Source: Oligoflexales bacterium (GTDB lineage: Bacteria > Bdellovibrionota_B > Oligoflexia > Oligoflexales > JAPPIL01). From it: a stretch of DNA of 64,000 nt. The notes below the pieces were generated by a model. The model worked only from the letters and a program-made list of their open reading frames with translations. It was not told the origin of the DNA and did no database searches. The translations under genes were made by a program, and so were the position numbers. This document shows, one piece after another, positions 58,463 through 64,000 of the stretch. Positions within the stretch are counted from its first letter, which is position 1; every line of letters starts with the position of its first letter. The stretch is taken from positions 448,001 to 512,000 of the forward strand of contig OZ244057.1 in assembly GCA_965215515.1 (NCBI GenBank), in the 5' to 3' direction.

Positions 58463-61400
58463 ATGAAGGGTAAAGGGAAGAAAATCGCACATTTGCTCGC
58501 GGTAGTGTCTCTGCTGGCCAGTCCTGCGGCAGGGGATGATGAGCCGTCTGCCGCGAGTTCGCTTTTGGTGGAGGTCATTGCTGACGGCGATGCACTCAGG
58601 GGTGAGTTACTTACCAGCTTGCGTGGTCTGCAATATCCGCAGACGATCAACACCGCGGCCCTCGCCCCCGATACGGAACTGCTCGTGAGCATGACGGAAC
58701 GTGTGCTGCGCTGGAAGACGGCCCTCGAAGAGGCACTGCGTAACGCCTACGACACGGATAGCCGCGCTGCGGAACGCCCTGCCTATCTCGTCAATCTCTA
58801 CTTCGGCGTGTTGGCGAGCCTGATGCAGATGCGGCAGGTCGTTGTGCAGCATGTCGATTGGCGCACTATAGGCGAGCAGTTTACTCTGACTGTGCCGCTG
58901 GCATTGGTCTGGTCGCACAACCAAAGCCTGTCCCGCTTGTATGCTCAGCAGGTGCGAGTCGAGCAAGCGCTGGAAGAGGGGCAGGCACGCTTGCGCTTGC
59001 AGTCTGCTTTCGTCGATGGCTTGCAAATTGCCACACTCGCCTTGCGACCGAGCCGTACTAATCATCTCGCGGCGGTCAAATATCTTACCTATACCACGCT
59101 TTACAAGCAGTGGGTGCAGAACGAACACTATCGCGGGGCAGAAAAGACCACCCCACTACCGCCACTGCCGACACAGAGCGATGCTGGCTACGATCTCGGT
59201 TTGCGGGAAAGCATCATCGCCGAGCAGCGCGGGGCACATACTAGGCGGTTTCTGTTCGCCGCTTTGCTGGAAGCCCTACCGCGTCTGCAAGTGCCCGACA
59301 CGGGACTACAACGGCCGCTGCTGGCCAATTGGCCTCTCTACGAACAGCTGCAAGCGGCACATCCCGACATGACCGTCTTTACCACGCCTTCGTTGGCTCA
59401 GCAGGTGTATATCTTGCTGAACGACGAGCAGCGTGCCGCGCTGGCGGTCAACGACCGCGAGGAGATGCATCGCTTCATGCTGTTGGCGGAGCAGCTGTAT
59501 CTGCCGCTGGTACTGGAAAAGGATCTCCCCCGCGTTACCCTGCCTCTCGACGGTAGTGCTAACGCGGCACAGTTCTTGCGACAATTGCTGGTACGAGCAC
59601 GTTTCAGTGCCTTGCTCAATGCTCTGTCGCCGCTGCGTATTGCACGTGCCCAGGTCAAAACGCTGTTTGCCAGTCTGCAGGAACGGCAGACGACCATGCT
59701 TGCAGGCGGCGACAACCAAGAGGTCACCCGCTGGTACGAAACAGCTCACAAACGTATCCCTGAGATAAAGCGGCGCGCTCGCCTGGCATTGTTGCGGGAA
59801 GTGCTGTATGCGGCATGGAAGGTCGATACCGCCGAACGCAATGATGACGAACCGCTCAATGTGCAAATTCTGCGCCGTGCGTTGTTGCGCAGTATGTATG
59901 TCACCGACTTCAGCGGTGAATTTCAGCAATCGCTCGCGGCGATCTTGCAAACCAGAACCTACCCACAGGGCCGCGAGGTGTTTTTTAGCGAGCTTGCCCG
60001 TCATCTGCAACGTCTCACCCCCCAGTTCTCTCCCAGTGCTCAGGTTTTACGTCTCACCAGCCAAGACGACATCGTGCGCACTTACGTCAACCCTGCCCTC
60101 GCAGGAGCGGAGCTAGCAAGCGGCAAACAAGCCTGGCGAAGCGAAGCGGAGCGAGAGGGGGGAGCCGCCGCGCAGGCGGTGCAGCGCAAGACACTGCTTC
60201 ACCACATCACGCAGATCAAAGCACTGCTGCAGTACGGTTATTGGTTCGGCTATTTTTCTTCTCAAAATAACCCAAGACCGAGTATCGATGACTTACCTTT
60301 GAGTGCACGGCAGCGGGCTGATTACTGGAAGGAACTGCGTTTTGCTCACTTCGATCGCTATCCGTTCTTGCTCTTGTCCGTCGCGGCGAGTGAGGACAGG
60401 CGACCGTCGGCGACGGCAGTAAGCGCTGAAGCCTACGTCGAGAAAAAACAGTCGTTGTATAAAGTGCTTGCAGCCAAGCTGCGGGAGCGTGATCTGAGCC
60501 GTGTCGGCGATGAGGAAATCGCTAACTTCTGGCCGCTGATCGCCGAGGTGTTGGACAGTCAGCGGCAACGCATCGTCGTGGCATTACAAAAAATCGCGCG
60601 CGCCGATACGCTGCAAGACATCAAGCATCTCGCCGCCAATTCGCCTGTGGTGGCGATCGGGATGAAAGAGTTTGCCGCGCTTTATCCCTGGTATGAAAAT
60701 TTTGTGCACCGTTATCACCAACCTTCCAAGCTACAGCACAGTTGGGAACGTATCGATGTTACCTACGTCGGCAATTTTTTCACGGTCATTATCGGCTGGC
60801 ATCTCGGTGGTTGGTTGCTGCGCAAGTCCGTGCCGACCAGTTACTTGCTGCGCTATCTAACGCCAACCTTCGGGGCGATTTTGCCATATACCAATGCGTT
60901 GATGATGGCGTTTTGGTATGTGATTTTGGTCGATTATTTCGGGATCAAAGTTTGGCAAACTTTTGTCAGCAAACCGCGCAAGCTGGGTGAATTGCGGCAA
61001 TACTACTATCTCGGCGACCAAAAGGCGCAGTTTGTCAACCACACGTATCTCGATTATCTTGACATGGAAAAGACTTCACACATCTTCAATTATGGTCTTG
61101 AGGCGGCGATGCTCGGTCTTTTTGTCGGTTGGGCGGCTTACAGTCATCTCTTGCCTCACCTCGTGCCCAAGATAAAAGACGCTCGTCTACAACGTTTGTT
61201 TTCCCGCGTCGGTTTCAGAGACAAGAATGGTAAACCGCTCAGCGAGACAGAGGTGTCCTTTAACCGCGAAAACATCAAGGAGAGCGTGAGAGCGGAAATT
61301 GCTAATGTCGATGAAGCATGGCGGAAGGGGCAAATTTCAAAAAGATACGCCCAACAAGAAAAACATCAGATAGAGTTGGCACGTGATAAAATTTTCGCGT

Positions 61401-62194
61401 CGATGGCTAAAAAAGAGCGTGCTATCCGCGTCGCTGAGATTGAGCATACGCACGACTTTCGTGCCCTTGGCTTGCCAGACCCCGTCTTCAGTGCTGAGGA
61501 AATCAGTGCAGCACACGGAAAATTGGTAGGTTCTCTGCATGGCAAAAAAGATCTGTTATCCAATTTTGCCTGGCGAGATGCCAACACTGCTCTCATCAGC
61601 ATCCAAACATCGTTGCAGCGCCGCCTGAAGTTTCAGATCACCCGCCCTCGTGCCGCTGTCCACGCGGAGATCCGTCGTTTGAGTAAGGAGCATGCAGACG
61701 AGTTGCGGCTGTTTAGCATCGCCCCCAACAAAAGAAATACCTTCAGCCAGCGCACACTGAACGAAGTAGACAAGCACATCAACCAGCGTTTCACCCCCGC
61801 GCAACAGGTGGAAAGCAATCTAGAATTCCGTCGTTTCGATGAGGCGAGAAATGCCATCATCCGTGCTCTAGAGGAGTTGCACGCGTTTAGGATCGCCGAC
61901 GGTTGGCACAGTGCCATGTTTGAAGCGATTATCGAGCAGCGCTTCGGGAAAGTGGTGGGGGATAAAAGGCTGAAGGTGGAAGACGCTTTGCGAGGCTTGG
62001 GTATCGATATCGAAAAAACAGAGCTTGAGAGGCTGACGAAGGGGGAACGAGACGAAACGATCAAAAAAGCCTACAGAAAATTAGCGGTTAAATATCATCC
62101 CGATAAAAATCCGGGCGATAAAGAAGCGGAAGAAAAATTTAAAAAAATCACTGGACATTATAAATTTTTGAAAGAACATTATCAAATAAAATGA
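58463..62194 (+). CDS. Very large exported/membrane protein with C-terminal J-domain
   Basis: Signal peptide (SPAAG); TM-like segments in C-terminal third; [30 protein letters not shown]. Confidence 0.8.
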   Translation: MKGKGKKIAHLLAVVSLLASPAAGDDEPSAASSLLVEVIADGDALRGELLTSLRGLQYPQTINTAALAPDTELLVSMTERVLRWKTALEEALRNAYDTDSRAAERPAYLVNLYFGVLASLMQMRQVVVQHVDWRTIGEQFTLTVPLALVWSHNQSLSRLYAQQVRVEQALEEGQARLRLQSAFVDGLQIATLALRPSRTNHLAAVKYLTYTTLYKQWVQNEHYRGAEKTTPLPPLPTQSDAGYDLGLRESIIAEQRGAHTRRFLFAALLEALPRLQVPDTGLQRPLLANWPLYEQLQAAHPDMTVFTTPSLAQQVYILLNDEQRAALAVNDREEMHRFMLLAEQLYLPLVLEKDLPRVTLPLDGSANAAQFLRQLLVRARFSALLNALSPLRIARAQVKTLFASLQERQTTMLAGGDNQEVTRWYETAHKRIPEIKRRARLALLREVLYAAWKVDTAERNDDEPLNVQILRRALLRSMYVTDFSGEFQQSLAAILQTRTYPQGREVFFSELARHLQRLTPQFSPSAQVLRLTSQDDIVRTYVNPALAGAELASGKQAWRSEAEREGGAAAQAVQRKTLLHHITQIKALLQYGYWFGYFSSQNNPRPSIDDLPLSARQRADYWKELRFAHFDRYPFLLLSVAASEDRRPSATAVSAEAYVEKKQSLYKVLAAKLRERDLSRVGDEEIANFWPLIAEVLDSQRQRIVVALQKIARADTLQDIKHLAANSPVVAIGMKEFAALYPWYENFVHRYHQPSKLQHSWERIDVTYVGNFFTVIIGWHLGGWLLRKSVPTSYLLRYLTPTFGAILPYTNALMMAFWYVILVDYFGIKVWQTFVSKPRKLGELRQYYYLGDQKAQFVNHTYLDYLDMEKTSHIFNYGLEAAMLGLFVGWAAYSHLLPHLVPKIKDARLQRLFSRVGFRDKNGKPLSETEVSFNRENIKESVRAEIANVDEAWRKGQISKRYAQQEKHQIELARDKIFASMAKKERAIRVAEIEHTHDFRALGLPDPVFSAEEISAAHGKLVGSLHGKKDLLSNFAWRDANTALISIQTSLQRRLKFQITRPRAAVHAEIRRLSKEHADELRLFSIAPNKRNTFSQRTLNEVDKHINQRFTPAQQVESNLEFRRFDEARNAIIRALEELHAFRIADGWHSAMFEAIIEQRFGKVVGDKRLKVEDALRGLGIDIEKTELERLTKGERDETIKKAYRKLAVKYHPDKNPGDKEAEEKFKKITGHYKFLKEHYQIK
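60104..60155 (+). repeat. Single copy of the element found as an array at 34262-34427
   Basis: GGAGCGGAGCTAGCAAGCGGCAAACAAGCCTGGCGAAGCGAAGCGGAGCGAG. Confidence 0.9.
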
Positions 62195-64000
62195 TGTGTA
62201 AAGAGGTGGTAAGTAGAATTTGCGTTATTTTTTTGTTGTTATTGTTGGACTCGCCTGCCAGCGCGCAGGGCGATAGCGTCGTCTACCATCGCGATGCGAC
62301 ACGCGGCAAGGCATTGATCGATACCTACCTCGGCGCTTTTGCCGCGGGCGATGAGACGCGGGTGTATTGGCAGCGGCAACAGATTATCACTTACATGTTT
62401 GCCGCTTATGACCAGCATGTTTACACTACAACACTGCATTATCTGCACGGTTTTGAGCACACGCATCCCGATGCTGTGCTGGCTTTGAGCGATAGTTTGC
62501 AAGCGTATTGGGATAGCAATTATTTGCAGAGTTATCTCGTCGGCAGTGCGGCTGAATACGGTAAGTTGAAATTTCTCGCGACGCTTGGCATGGTTGGGGG
62601 TGGACTGGGATTGGTAAAAAATCCGCTTGCCTCGTTTGCCGCCTTGAAAGGTTTGAATTTCTTATTGCCGTTAGCGGGGGGTGTGGGCGCTTATTATGCG
62701 GTGGAATTTTTTCGCCAGCCTCTGCCCGATGTGCCACCTGAACCACAGCAGGTGCTGAGGTTCGCCAGGGGGGCGCGTTATTTTTCTTACGCGCAGCAGC
62801 GCAATGACTATCTCTATCGCCTGTTCGGTGTCGGGGTTGGGTTGGGTGCGGGGGAGTTTATTTTCCAAGCTCTCGGCGGTAATTTTTTGCGTCTGACTAA
62901 GCCTTCCAAAGGAGGGCTTGTCGCCCCTCTCGACAAGGAGGTGCGCCCGCCTAACCCGCCTAAGAAGTCATCGCTATTTAGGCCGCAGGCTAGCCGTACC
63001 TACTTCGCTCGTGCCGCGGGGGCGATATTGGGTATCTATCTGTTGTCTGAAGGCACGCATCGCTTGTTGCGTACCGTGGAACTACGTCGGACGGAAGACG
63101 AGTTGCAACGGGCGCGCCAAGATTTCCACGCGGCGTGCCACCGTGGTGACTCTCGGGAGCTGTTGGCAACCGCTAAGCGACTTGCTGAGACGACGGTACA
63201 GTTGGTAACACTCTATGAGATGCCACAGTTGCGGGCGATGGTTGAGTTTGAGCAGAAGTTTTCACAGCAGGCAGGGCAGCTAAGCAAAGCTACCGATGAG
63301 GAACTGCGCAGCAGTTTGCAGGACATGACGCTGAAATTGTCCAAGTCTCTGCAAGCTAAACTGACGCGGGCGATGGTGCGCAAAAACTATCACTACAACC
63401 GCGTGCCGCTGTTGCATGCGTTGAGCAAGGCGAGCTATACGCAACTCAGCCAGCATAATCGCGACTCTCGTGTGACCGAGCTGTTACAGGAGTTTGAGCA
63501 AGAGCATGCTGAAGAACTGCTGCGCCACAGCTTGGAGGCACAAGGAAGTGAGGCGGATCTTGACGAAAGGTTTCGTGCGTGGGTGGAGTTATCGCTGCGC
63601 GATCGTTATGCGCTGGCACAGCAGACGTTGGGGCAGGGTAAATTACAGCGCAACATCGAGTTGTTGTTTCAGGTGGCCGCGTTGTTCAAAGCTAGTGCAG
63701 ATGAGTACGATGTTGTTTTTTTGCCACACTTTTATCGGCAGTTGTTGGCGAAGTTTCAGAACATGCTGTTGATGTATCGTAATTTTGCGGCGATCATCGA
63801 TCACAACGCGGTTTGGCAGATGAAATTTTCTGCCGCTGAGCTAAATGCAGTGGTCGATCTTTATCTCGATTATGTTCAGGCTGACCGTGTGGCGGCGGTG
63901 TCTGCGCCACGCCCACACCAAGGTCAGGGACGCGAGGTGTTAACTTCGACGCGTGGTTTTGCTCGCTTTCTGGCGGAGTACATAGCTGCTCTACCGACCA
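62191..64000 (+). CDS. Large exported alpha-helical hypothetical protein, truncated by window end
   Basis: Not in the ORF track. Hand translation from the ATGA overlap gives [26 protein letters not shown]..., open to 64000, with Gly-rich hydrophobic segments and coiled coils. Confidence 0.75.
   Translation, partial: MMCKEVVSRICVIFLLLLLDSPASAQGDSVVYHRDATRGKALIDTYLGAFAAGDETRVYWQRQQIITYMFAAYDQHVYTTTLHYLHGFEHTHPDAVLALSDSLQAYWDSNYLQSYLVGSAAEYGKLKFLATLGMVGGGLGLVKNPLASFAALKGLNFLLPLAGGVGAYYAVEFFRQPLPDVPPEPQQVLRFARGARYFSYAQQRNDYLYRLFGVGVGLGAGEFIFQALGGNFLRLTKPSKGGLVAPLDKEVRPPNPPKKSSLFRPQASRTYFARAAGAILGIYLLSEGTHRLLRTVELRRTEDELQRARQDFHAACHRGDSRELLATAKRLAETTVQLVTLYEMPQLRAMVEFEQKFSQQAGQLSKATDEELRSSLQDMTLKLSKSLQAKLTRAMVRKNYHYNRVPLLHALSKASYTQLSQHNRDSRVTELLQEFEQEHAEELLRHSLEAQGSEADLDERFRAWVELSLRDRYALAQQTLGQGKLQRNIELLFQVAALFKASADEYDVVFLPHFYRQLLAKFQNMLLMYRNFAAIIDHNAVWQMKFSAAELNAVVDLYLDYVQADRVAAVSAPRPHQGQGREVLTSTRGFARFLAEYIAALPT

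Noticed and set aside
62239..63772. Short ORFs in the track
   Set aside because: Shadows of the long + ORF starting at 62191

Overview
Bacterial chromosomal window; gene content suggests Bdellovibrionota/Oligoflexia or another deltaproteobacteria-like lineage (inference only). The first ~8.8 kb is a low-GC defence island. It holds a large GHKL/MORC-type ATPase that runs off the window edge, an AbiEi/AbiEii type IV toxin-antitoxin pair, an SspD/DndC-like PAPS-reductase gene coupled to a phosphorothioation-associated putative methyltransferase, and a convergent DUF262-DUF1524 (SspE/GmrSD-like) nuclease. The nuclease is split by a frameshift at a slippery, tandemly duplicated site. No sspA/B/C or dnd genes are visible. 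The rest is higher-GC and mostly housekeeping: yraN, rnhB, trxA, HesB and ferredoxin, an ABC pair, ppx, holA, degQ, pgeF, manC-like, ctpA, rodZ-like, panC, speE, ftsY, sdhCAB, ogt, panP, rsmA, hemH, proline dehydrogenase and yqaA. Mixed in are a CP-ATP-grasp/alpha-E/transglutaminase operon, a stand-alone Fis-type HTH gene behind a perfect sigma54 promoter, several outer-membrane and lipoprotein hypotheticals, and three very large secreted/membrane hypotheticals, one ending in a J-domain. A ~52-bp element sits in-frame inside two unrelated genes. No rRNA, tRNA, CRISPR array, integrase or transposase was recognised. All calls come from motif recognition by eye, not from database searches.
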